Below are positions 33,854 through 41,449 of a stretch of 64,000 nucleotides of DNA, one piece after another. The stretch is from an uncultured Rhodobacterales bacterium (lineage in GTDB: Bacteria > Pseudomonadota > Alphaproteobacteria > Rhodobacterales > Rhodobacteraceae). The notes below the pieces were generated by a model that worked only from the letters and a program-made list of their open reading frames with translations, was not told where the DNA came from and did not search any database. The position numbers and the translations under genes were made by a program. The stretch spans positions 1,273-65,272 of the forward strand of contig CBDUGF010000004.1 of NCBI GenBank assembly GCA_965366835.1. Direction: 5' to 3'. Each line of letters opens with the position of its first letter. Position 1 is the stretch's first letter.

Positions 33854-34737
33854 CAACTCCTGCCGATGCCGCCCTGGCCCGCGCTGCCGGATTGCCGATC
33901 TGGACCGCGCCTCGCGATGTGCAGTTGCTGGGCGGAGGGATCACCAATTTCAACGTCTCGCTGGTGGATCAGGGCAATCGCTATGTGGTGCGCGTGGGCG
34001 AGGACATTCCGCTGCACGGTATCCTGCGTGCAAACGAGTTGGCCGCGCATCGCGCCGCGCAGGCGGTGGGGCTGGCGCCCGCGATCCGGCATGCCGAGCC
34101 TGGTATTCTTGCGATTGAGTTCATTGACAGCAAGACGTTGGGCGAAGCCGAGGTGCGCGCCCCCGAGATGCTGGAGCGGATCGTGCCGCTTCTGCATCGC
34201 TGCCATCACGAGGCGTTTGCAGCGCTGCGTGGGCCGGTGCTGGCCTTCTGGGTGTTCCACGTTCTGCGCGATTATGCCGCCACGCTGCGCGCGGGCAACT
34301 CGCCCTACCTGGCCCGGCTGCCAGACCTGCTTGCCACTGCCGACGGGCTGGAAGCTGCCATCGGGCCGGTCGAAATCGTGTTGGGCCACAACGATCTTCT
34401 GCCCGCCAATTTTCTCGACGACGGAGAAAAACTCTGGCTGATCGACTGGGAATATGCCGGTCTCAACTCTCCGCTTTTCGATCTGGCCGGCCTTGCAACC
34501 AACAATGGTCTTTCCGCCACCCAGGAGGATTGGCTGTTGGAGGCATATTACGACAAAGCGGTTAACGACACCTTACGGCGCCGGTTTGCTGCGATGAAAT
34601 GCGCCTCTTTGATGCGCGAAACCATGTGGTCGATGGTCTCCGAACTGCATTCGGAGATCGACTTCGACTACGCCGCCTATACGCGCGAAAATCAGGGCCG
34701 TCTCGATGCGGCGCTGGCGCATTTCCAAGCCCTGTGA
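33850..34737 (+). CDS. choline/ethanolamine kinase family phosphotransferase (APH fold), copy 2
   Basis: Brenner motif HNDLLPANFL and choline-kinase motif WLIDWEYAGLNSPLFDLA. ATG 33850 overlaps the permease stop (ATGA). Confidence 0.8.
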   Translation: MTTPADAALARAAGLPIWTAPRDVQLLGGGITNFNVSLVDQGNRYVVRVGEDIPLHGILRANELAAHRAAQAVGLAPAIRHAEPGILAIEFIDSKTLGEAEVRAPEMLERIVPLLHRCHHEAFAALRGPVLAFWVFHVLRDYAATLRAGNSPYLARLPDLLATADGLEAAIGPVEIVLGHNDLLPANFLDDGEKLWLIDWEYAGLNSPLFDLAGLATNNGLSATQEDWLLEAYYDKAVNDTLRRRFAAMKCASLMRETMWSMVSELHSEIDFDYAAYTRENQGRLDAALAHFQAL

Positions 34738-34744
34738 GGTTTTC

Positions 34745-37183
34745 ATGAGCACGCTTCCCTCCTCCTCGAAAGTGATTGTCATCGGGGGCGGTATCGTCGG
34801 CTGTTCCACCGCCTATCATCTCGGAAAGCTGGGGGTGGAAACGGTCTTGATCGAGCGCAAGAAACTCACTTCGGGGACTACGTTTCACGCCGCCGGACTG
34901 GTCGGGCAGCTGCGCTCGAACGCCAATATCACCCAGCTTCTGGGCTATTCCGTCGAGCTTTACGACCGGCTGGAAAAAGAGACCGGGCAGGCGACGGGCT
35001 GGAAAATGAATGGCGGGCTGCGGCTGGCCTGCAATCAGGAACGCTGGACCGAGGTGAAACGCCAGGCCACTACGGCGCATTCCTTTGGGCTCGACATGCA
35101 GCTTCTGAGCCCGAAAGAGGCGCAGGATCTCTGGCCCTTGATGGATGTGAGCGATGTTGTCGGCGCCGCCTTCCTGCCCACCGATGGCCAGGCCAACCCC
35201 TCGGACATAACGCTGTCACTGGCCAAGGGTGCGCGCATGGGCGGAGTGCAGATCCTTGAGGATACAAGGGCGCTGCGCGTGGTGGTGGAAAAAGGTGTGA
35301 TCATCGGGGTGGAGACCGACAAGGGGCTGATTGCATGCGAGAAAGTGGTGCTGTGCGGCGGCCAGTGGAGCCGGGATTTTGCCGCACAGTCGGGGGTGAA
35401 TGTCCCGCTGGTTTCGGTCGAACATCAATACATGGTGACCGAACCGATCAAGGGCGTGACCCCGGATATGCCCACCCTGCGCGACCCGGACCGGCTGACC
35501 TATTACAAGGAAGAGGTCGGCGGGCTGGTGATGGGCGGCTACGAGGCCAATCCGATTCCCTGGGCGATTGACGGCATCCCGAAGGGCTTTCACTACACCG
35601 TGCTCGACAGCAATTTCGACCATTTCGAACAGATTGTCGAGCTGGCTTTGGGCCGGGTTCCGGCGCTGGAGACCGCCGGGATCAAGCAGCTGTTGAACGG
35701 GCCGGAGAGCTTTACCCCGGATGGCAATTTCATCCTCGGTGAAGCGCCGGAGCTGAAGAATTTCTTTGTCGGAGCAGGGTTTAACGCCTTTGGAATCGCC
35801 TCGGGCGGCGGCGCGGGCATGGCGCTGGCCGAGTGGGTTGCGAAGGGCGCACCGCCGTTCGATCTCTGGCCGGTGGATATCCGCCGCTTTGGCCGGCCGC
35901 ATTTCGATACCGATTGGGTGCGCACCCGCACGCTGGAGGCGTATGGCAAGCATTACACCATGGCCTGGCCATTCGAGGAGCACTCCTCGGGGCGGCCTTG
36001 CCGCAAATCGCCGCTCTATGACACGCTGCTGGCACGCGGCGCTTGTTTTGGTGAAAAGCTGGGCTGGGAACGGCCCAACTGGTTTGCGCATGAGGGCCAG
36101 GAGGCGCGCGATATCTACTCCTTCGGGCGGCAGAACTGGTTTGAAAATGTCGGTGAAGAGCACCGTGCGGCGCGCGCGGCGGCGGTGCTGATCGACCAGA
36201 CTTCCTTTGCCAAGTTCACCCTCAAGGGGCCGGATGCCGAAGCCGCGCTGAGCTGGATCGCGGCAAATGATGTGAGCGGGCCGGTGGGCAAGCTGACCTA
36301 TACCCAGATGCTGAACGATCACGGCGGGATCGAATGCGATCTGACCTGTGTGCGGGTGGCTGAGGACGAGTATTACATCGTCACCGGCACCGGCTTTGCC
36401 ACCCATGATTTTCACTGGATTTCCAGCAACATACCCGAGGGGATGAACGCCCAGCTGGTGGATGTCACCTCGGGTCATTCGGTGCTGTCGCTGATGGGGC
36501 CGAAGGCGCGCGATATCCTTCAAGCGGTGACCCGCAACGATGTGTCGAACGCCGCCTTTCCGTTTGGCACCGCGCAGGTGATCGGCATCGCGGGCTGTCC
36601 GGTGCGCGCGCTGCGGCTGACCTATGTGGGCGAGCTGGGCTGGGAGCTGCACCTGCCGACTGAATATGCCGCGACGGTTTACCAGACCCTTACGGCGGCG
36701 GGCGCGGCGCATGGGTTGCGCGATGCGGGCTATCGCGCGATCGAGAGCTTGCGGCTGGAGAAAGGTTACCGCGCCTGGGGGTCGGATATCGGGCCGGACC
36801 ATACGCCGGATGAGGCGGGTTTGGGATGGGCGGTAAAACTGAAGAAAAACAATGACTTCAAAGGGCGCGCGGCGGCAGAGAAACAACGCCGCGAAGGGGT
36901 GAGGAAAATCCTCGCCGGGTTCACGGCGGCGCCTGACGTGGTGCTGTCGGGGCGCGAGACGATCTATCGCAACGGCGAGCGCGTAGGCTGGCTCAGCTCT
37001 GGCGGATATGGATATACAATAGAAAAATCAATCGGTTACGGATATGTGCGCAGCAGCGATCCGATTGATGCGGGCTTTGTGATGGCGGGCGATTACGAGC
37101 TGGAAGTGGCGACCGAGCGGGTGGCTTGCGAGGTGCATCTGGCGCCGCTCCATGATCCGGAGATGGCACGGATCAAGTGCTGA
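34745..37183 (+). CDS. FAD-dependent oxidoreductase with C-terminal GcvT-type domain (dimethylglycine/sarcosine dehydrogenase family), paralogue 2
   Basis: 812 aa with GGGIVGCSTAYHL, HAAGLVGQLRS, TYVGELGWELHLP and GYRAIESLRLEKGY. ATG 34745 lies 5 nt after GAGG. Confidence 0.88.
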   Translation: MSTLPSSSKVIVIGGGIVGCSTAYHLGKLGVETVLIERKKLTSGTTFHAAGLVGQLRSNANITQLLGYSVELYDRLEKETGQATGWKMNGGLRLACNQERWTEVKRQATTAHSFGLDMQLLSPKEAQDLWPLMDVSDVVGAAFLPTDGQANPSDITLSLAKGARMGGVQILEDTRALRVVVEKGVIIGVETDKGLIACEKVVLCGGQWSRDFAAQSGVNVPLVSVEHQYMVTEPIKGVTPDMPTLRDPDRLTYYKEEVGGLVMGGYEANPIPWAIDGIPKGFHYTVLDSNFDHFEQIVELALGRVPALETAGIKQLLNGPESFTPDGNFILGEAPELKNFFVGAGFNAFGIASGGGAGMALAEWVAKGAPPFDLWPVDIRRFGRPHFDTDWVRTRTLEAYGKHYTMAWPFEEHSSGRPCRKSPLYDTLLARGACFGEKLGWERPNWFAHEGQEARDIYSFGRQNWFENVGEEHRAARAAAVLIDQTSFAKFTLKGPDAEAALSWIAANDVSGPVGKLTYTQMLNDHGGIECDLTCVRVAEDEYYIVTGTGFATHDFHWISSNIPEGMNAQLVDVTSGHSVLSLMGPKARDILQAVTRNDVSNAAFPFGTAQVIGIAGCPVRALRLTYVGELGWELHLPTEYAATVYQTLTAAGAAHGLRDAGYRAIESLRLEKGYRAWGSDIGPDHTPDEAGLGWAVKLKKNNDFKGRAAAEKQRREGVRKILAGFTAAPDVVLSGRETIYRNGERVGWLSSGGYGYTIEKSIGYGYVRSSDPIDAGFVMAGDYELEVATERVACEVHLAPLHDPEMARIKC

Positions 37184-37240
37184 AATGCGCCACCGCGCGG
37201 CGCGTTAGGATTTGACGGAGATCGCCGAATTCAGGGGGGT

Positions 37241-37284
37241 GACTCCCGGCTGCCACCCGGCTGACTCCCGGCTGCCGGGGAGTC
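37241..37284. repeat. direct repeat GACTCCCGGCTGCC x2 followed by complementary GGGGAGTC
   Basis: Copies at 37241-37254 and 37263-37276. CGGCTGACTCCCGGCTG also occurs reverse-complemented at 19975-19993 with 1 mismatch. Confidence 0.7.
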
Positions 37285-37337
37285 CGGGCGTGTGACGGTA
37301 AGAAGGGTTAAGAAAACCTTGAAATGCGTCGCGTGAG

Positions 37338-37456
37338 TCGAATTCCGACGCGGAATTCGATTTGTTTTCCGACGCGGAAAACAGTGCCAGTCCGTCGAGG
37401 CCACACTGCGCTGAAATCCGCGTCGGATTTCGAACCGAATTTCGCGTCGAAATTCG
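37338..37456. repeat. four-hairpin composite intergenic element, copy B
   Basis: TCGAATTCCG-ACG-CGGAATTCGA, GTTTTCCG-ACG-CGGAAAAC, a 30-nt spacer, GAAATCCG-CGT-CGGATTTC and CGAATTTCG-CGT-CGAAATTCG. All stems are perfect. Ends 6 nt from the HMG-CoA reductase stop. Confidence 0.85.
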
Positions 37457-37461
37457 GCGTT

Positions 37462-38694
37462 TCAGGCCAATAGCGCGCGCGCGACGTCTTCGCGAATTTC
37501 GCCGCGCTCGATCAGGGCCGCGGCAACACGCTCGATCTCTTCCCCCCTGGCCCCCGCCGCGATGGCCACGTTACGGGCATGCAGGCCCATATGACCGCGC
37601 TGAATACCCTCGCCCGCCAGCGCCCTGAGCGCCGAGAAGTTCTGGATCAGTCCGACCGCCGCCATGACCCGCGCCAGCCGGTCGCCGGTCGTCGCGCCCA
37701 TGATCTTGAGACATGCCTGCGCCGTGGGATGTACCCGCGTGGCGCCGCCGACAATGCCCATCGGCACCGGCACTTCGATCTCGCCGAGCAAATCGCCCTC
37801 CGGCGTCCTGGCATAGCGGGTCAGCGGGCCATAACCGTCGCGCGCGGCGAAGGCATGCGCCCCGGCCTCGAGCGCGCGGCTGTCATTGCCGGTGGCCAGC
37901 GCCACGGCGGAGATGCCATTCATGATGCCCTTGTTGTGGGTCGCGGCGCGGTACGGATCATGGGCGGCGAATTCCCAGGCCGACAGGATGCCATCGACCG
38001 TCTCGGCGCCGATTTCCGACGCGGACCAGAGCGCATGGGCGCGCACCAGCCGACGGTCGGCGAGGTTGGACAGGATGCGCAGCCCCGCCTTGCCGCCGGT
38101 CCAGGCTTCCAGCTTCGGCGCCAGTTTTTCGGCCATGGTGTTGACAGTGTTGGCGCCCATCGCGTCGCGCACGTCGATGATCAGATGCACCACGAGAAAC
38201 GGGCCTGCGATACGCACGTCGAGATCGCGGAACCCGCCGCCGAGTTGCACGAGCATCGGATCGCAGCTGTCGCATATCCCGGCGATTTCGGTGCGCCTGT
38301 CCTCGACTGCGGATTTGGCCGCCTCGAGATCGGCCAGGCCGATGAGCTGTACCTGCGCGATCATCTGCGGCGCATCCGCCTCGGTCGTCACCCCACCGGT
38401 GGCGCGACAGGCGCGCGCGCCGTTGCATACCGCGGCGATGACCGAGCTTTCCTCGCTCGCCATCGGCACCAGCACATCGCGCCCGTCGACGATCAGGTTG
38501 GTGGCGACACCCAGAGGGACGGCCATGACCGAGATCACGTTTTCGCTCAGGTTGTCGGCGAGATCGCCGTCATGGGCGGCGGTGGCAGCGAGATGAGCCA
38601 CTTCATCAGCGGTGAGCCGGGCGGCTTCGGCAATGCGCGCGAGCCGGTCGGCGCGCGAAAGGTTGTGGAAGCCGGGAATGCGGGATGTGGTCAT
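37462..38694 (-). CDS. mvaA: hydroxymethylglutaryl-CoA reductase, degradative (class II, NAD-dependent type)
   Basis: About 410 aa, with class II HMGR blocks (SENVISVMAVPLGVA, MASEESSVIAA, DAMGANTVNTMAE, GNDSRA, GLHARN). ATG 38694 follows GGAGGAG. Confidence 0.85.
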   Translation of the reverse strand: MTTSRIPGFHNLSRADRLARIAEAARLTADEVAHLAATAAHDGDLADNLSENVISVMAVPLGVATNLIVDGRDVLVPMASEESSVIAAVCNGARACRATGGVTTEADAPQMIAQVQLIGLADLEAAKSAVEDRRTEIAGICDSCDPMLVQLGGGFRDLDVRIAGPFLVVHLIIDVRDAMGANTVNTMAEKLAPKLEAWTGGKAGLRILSNLADRRLVRAHALWSASEIGAETVDGILSAWEFAAHDPYRAATHNKGIMNGISAVALATGNDSRALEAGAHAFAARDGYGPLTRYARTPEGDLLGEIEVPVPMGIVGGATRVHPTAQACLKIMGATTGDRLARVMAAVGLIQNFSALRALAGEGIQRGHMGLHARNVAIAAGARGEEIERVAAALIERGEIREDVARALLA

Positions 38695-38856
38695 GGGGCG
38701 TTCTCCTCCGGGCAAAGGGACCCGTTGGCGGAGGTGAGGTCAAGAGGGTGTAGAGGAGGTAAGCGCCCTCCCTCGGGTGGGCGCATGCAACAAAAGAGGG
38801 GAGCTCTTTATCCAGGAGGCCCCTAGCGACCTGACACTGGTGCGGAACATTACCAA

Positions 38857-38885
38857 AGCGCCCTCCCGGTGGGAGGGAGGGCGCT
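38857..38885 (-). terminator. hairpin downstream of prpE (possible terminator, weak U tract)
   Basis: AGCGCCCTCCC-N7-GGGAGGGCGCT with an 11-bp stem. The minus strand is followed by UUGGUAAUGUU. Confidence 0.45.
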
Positions 38886-38923
38886 GCCCGGCGGCTCTGC
38901 GAGCCTTGATTCCGGGCTGGGCG

Positions 38924-40813
38924 CTATTTCGCGTAGCCAATCGCCTGCAACGCCTCTGCGATTTCGTCGAGAACCGCCGGGTCGTCGATTGTCGCCGGCA
39001 TCTTCCATTCGCCGCCATCGGCGATCGACACCATGGTGGCGCGCAGGATCTTGCCCGAGCGGGTCTTGGGCAGGCGATCCACGACAACGGCGAGCTTGAA
39101 TGCCGCCACCGGGCCGATCTTGTCGCGCACCAGCTTGACCACCTCGGCGGTGATCTCGTCATGCGGGCGATCGACACCCTTGGTCAGGCAGACGAAGCCG
39201 ACCGGCAACTGCCCCTTGAGCTGATCCGTCACGCCGATGACGGCGCATTCGGCCACATCCGGGTGGCTGGCCAGAACCTCTTCCATCGCGCCGGTGCTGA
39301 GCCGGTGCCCGGCGACGTTGATCACATCGTCGGTGCGCGCCATGATGTAGAGATAGCCGTCTTCGTCGATCATGCCGGCATCGCCGGTTTCGTAATAGCC
39401 CGGGAAATGGCTGAGATAGCTCTTCTGGAAGCGCTCTTCGGCGTTCCAGAGATTGGGCAGCGTGCCCGGCGGCAACGGCAGCTTGACCGCGATGGCGCCC
39501 AATTCGCCCGGCTTCATCGGGTTGCCGCCTTCGTCGAGGATCTGCACGTCATAGCCGGGCATCGCCACGGTCGGGCTGCCGAGCTTGACCGGCAGCGCTT
39601 CGATCCCCACCGGGTTGCCGGCGATGGTCCAGCCGGTTTCGGTCTGCCACCAGTGGTCATAGACCGGTTTGCCGGTCATCTCTTGGGTCCAGACGATGGT
39701 ATCGGGATCGGCGCGCTCGCCGGCGAGATAGATCGCGTTGAGCGCACTGAGGTCGTATTTGCGGATGAATTCGCCCTTGGGGTCTTCGCGTTTGACGGCG
39801 CGAAAGGCGGTGGGCGCGGTGAAGAAGCTCTTGACCTTGTGTTCCGAGATCACCCGCCAGAAGGTGCCGGCATCGGGGGTGCCGACGGGCTTGCCCTCGA
39901 ACACGATGGTGGTGTTGCCGTGGATCAGCGGCGCGTAGCAGATATAGCTGTGGCCGACGACCCAGCCGACATCGGAGGCGGCCCAGAACACATCGCCGGG
40001 ATCGACGTTGTAGATGTTCTTCATCGTCCAGTTCAGTGCCACAAGCTGGCCCGCGGTATGGCGGATCACGCCCTTGGGCGCGCCGGTGGTGCCGGAAGTG
40101 TAGAGGATATAGGACGGGTGATTGCCCTCGACGGGGACGCAATCGGCCGGAGCGACGCCTTTCTGCGCCTCGTACCAGTCGAAATCGCGACCCTCGGTGA
40201 GCGGCGCGACTTCCTCTTCGCGTTGCAGGATCAGGGTGAAATCGGGCTTGTGTTTGGCGAGGTCAATGGCGCCGTCGAGCAGGGGTTTGTATTTCACCAC
40301 GCGGCCCGGTTCGAGCCCGCAAGAGGCGGCGATGATCGCCTTGGGCCTGGCATCGTCGATCCGCACCGCCAGCTCGTTGGCGGCAAAGCCGCCGAACACA
40401 ACCGAATGGATCGCGCCGATGCGCCCGCAGGCCAACATCGCTTCCAAAGCCTGCGGCACCATCGGCATGTAGATCACCACGCGATCGCCCTTTTCGACCC
40501 CCTTGGCCTTGAGCGCCCCGGCGAGGCCGGCAACGCGGGTTTTCAGCTCGGCGAAGGAGATGTGTTCCTGGCGTCCGGTGATCGGGCTGTCATAGATGAT
40601 CGCGGTCTGCTCGGCTCGGCCATTTTCAACGTGGCGGTCGACCGCGTTCCAGCAGGTGTTGCATTTGGCGTCGGCATACCACTCGTAGAGATTGTTGCCC
40701 TTGTCGAAGAGCGCCTTCGAGGGCGGTTTGTCCCAGTCGATGGCCTTGGCCGCCTCCATCCAGAATGTTTCGGGGTCGGCTTTCCAGGCGTTATAGACGT
40801 CGCGGTATCCCAT
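38924..40813 (-). CDS. prpE: propionate--CoA ligase (acyl-CoA synthetase, ACS family)
   Basis: 629 aa with AMP-binding motif YTSGTTGAPKG. The N-terminus MGYRDVYNAWKADPETFW and the length are typical of PrpE rather than Acs. Confidence 0.8.
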   Translation of the reverse strand: MGYRDVYNAWKADPETFWMEAAKAIDWDKPPSKALFDKGNNLYEWYADAKCNTCWNAVDRHVENGRAEQTAIIYDSPITGRQEHISFAELKTRVAGLAGALKAKGVEKGDRVVIYMPMVPQALEAMLACGRIGAIHSVVFGGFAANELAVRIDDARPKAIIAASCGLEPGRVVKYKPLLDGAIDLAKHKPDFTLILQREEEVAPLTEGRDFDWYEAQKGVAPADCVPVEGNHPSYILYTSGTTGAPKGVIRHTAGQLVALNWTMKNIYNVDPGDVFWAASDVGWVVGHSYICYAPLIHGNTTIVFEGKPVGTPDAGTFWRVISEHKVKSFFTAPTAFRAVKREDPKGEFIRKYDLSALNAIYLAGERADPDTIVWTQEMTGKPVYDHWWQTETGWTIAGNPVGIEALPVKLGSPTVAMPGYDVQILDEGGNPMKPGELGAIAVKLPLPPGTLPNLWNAEERFQKSYLSHFPGYYETGDAGMIDEDGYLYIMARTDDVINVAGHRLSTGAMEEVLASHPDVAECAVIGVTDQLKGQLPVGFVCLTKGVDRPHDEITAEVVKLVRDKIGPVAAFKLAVVVDRLPKTRSGKILRATMVSIADGGEWKMPATIDDPAVLDEIAEALQAIGYAK

Positions 40814-40908
40814 GGCATACTCCTCCTCGGCTTGGTAAAGGAGTTACGCCCTCTCGACGCCACCGGGCAACCCCCTTGGGCGACCTAGCGTCAGTTTATC
40901 GCAAGATA

Positions 40909-41020
40909 TTTGCAAGACCTGCCGGAGCGGAGCTGCAAATTTTTGCAAAGCCCTGTTTTATATACAATTGGCCTGCATAGCCCACCCTTGTTTGCAAAAT
41001 TGCGAACTTGCTTCTGCAAA
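40909..41020. promoter_or_regulatory. cluster of TTTGCAAA-type repeats upstream of prpE
   Basis: TTTGCAAG at 40909-40916, TGCAAA-TT-TTTGCAAA at 40934-40949, TTTGCAAA at 40991-40998 and TGCAAA at 41015-41020. Confidence 0.5.
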
Positions 41021-41042
41021 CACCGATTCGTCGCGCCCCGAC

Positions 41043-41372
41043 TCAATGTGACGGCTTGTCGGGATTGATCGCGGGGAAGGTTGCGGTCGGCGTGTGCTTG
41101 GTAATCACCTTGCGGCGTCTGGTTTCTTCAAGCACGCGCTGCGCGGTGAGAGCGCATTTGCCGAGGCAATTATATCCGACACCATTGACGTAAACCGTTT
41201 GGATAAACTCGTCTTCTTCCTGCAATCCCACTTGGCGGGTAACGGTCATGCTAACCACTCTGTAAGCCTTGCCATCGACCGTGACGTAAGTGGTGACCCC
41301 CGCGGTTTCGTTGAGAATACAGGCCGAAAGGCCCAGAACCGTAACGCAACACACTGCAATAAGCCGCATCAT
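41043..41372 (-). CDS. small hypothetical lipoprotein
   Basis: 109 aa. MMRLIAVCCVTVLGLSAC carries a lipobox. ATG 41372 is preceded by GGGGAGG. GC looks locally lower. No family recognised. Confidence 0.55.
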   Translation of the reverse strand: MMRLIAVCCVTVLGLSACILNETAGVTTYVTVDGKAYRVVSMTVTRQVGLQEEDEFIQTVYVNGVGYNCLGKCALTAQRVLEETRRRKVITKHTPTATFPAINPDKPSH

Positions 41373-41449
41373 CGAAGCCTCCCCGCATCGTGCATCCCCG
41401 CGCCCGAGGATACACGACTGCAGGCAATTCCCCAAATCGGAGCCTGAGC

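Noticed and set aside
37338-37456. The possibility that the hairpin clusters are a CRISPR array.
   Set aside because: The units are 19-23-nt palindromes whose sequences differ from one another. The spacers are 2-30 nt long and are homologous between copies. No cas genes are present.
41043-41372. Locally lower GC around the small lipoprotein gene, as a sign of horizontal acquisition or a mobile element.
   Set aside because: The segment is only ~330 bp. It has no flanking repeats, integrase or tRNA, so the evidence is insufficient.
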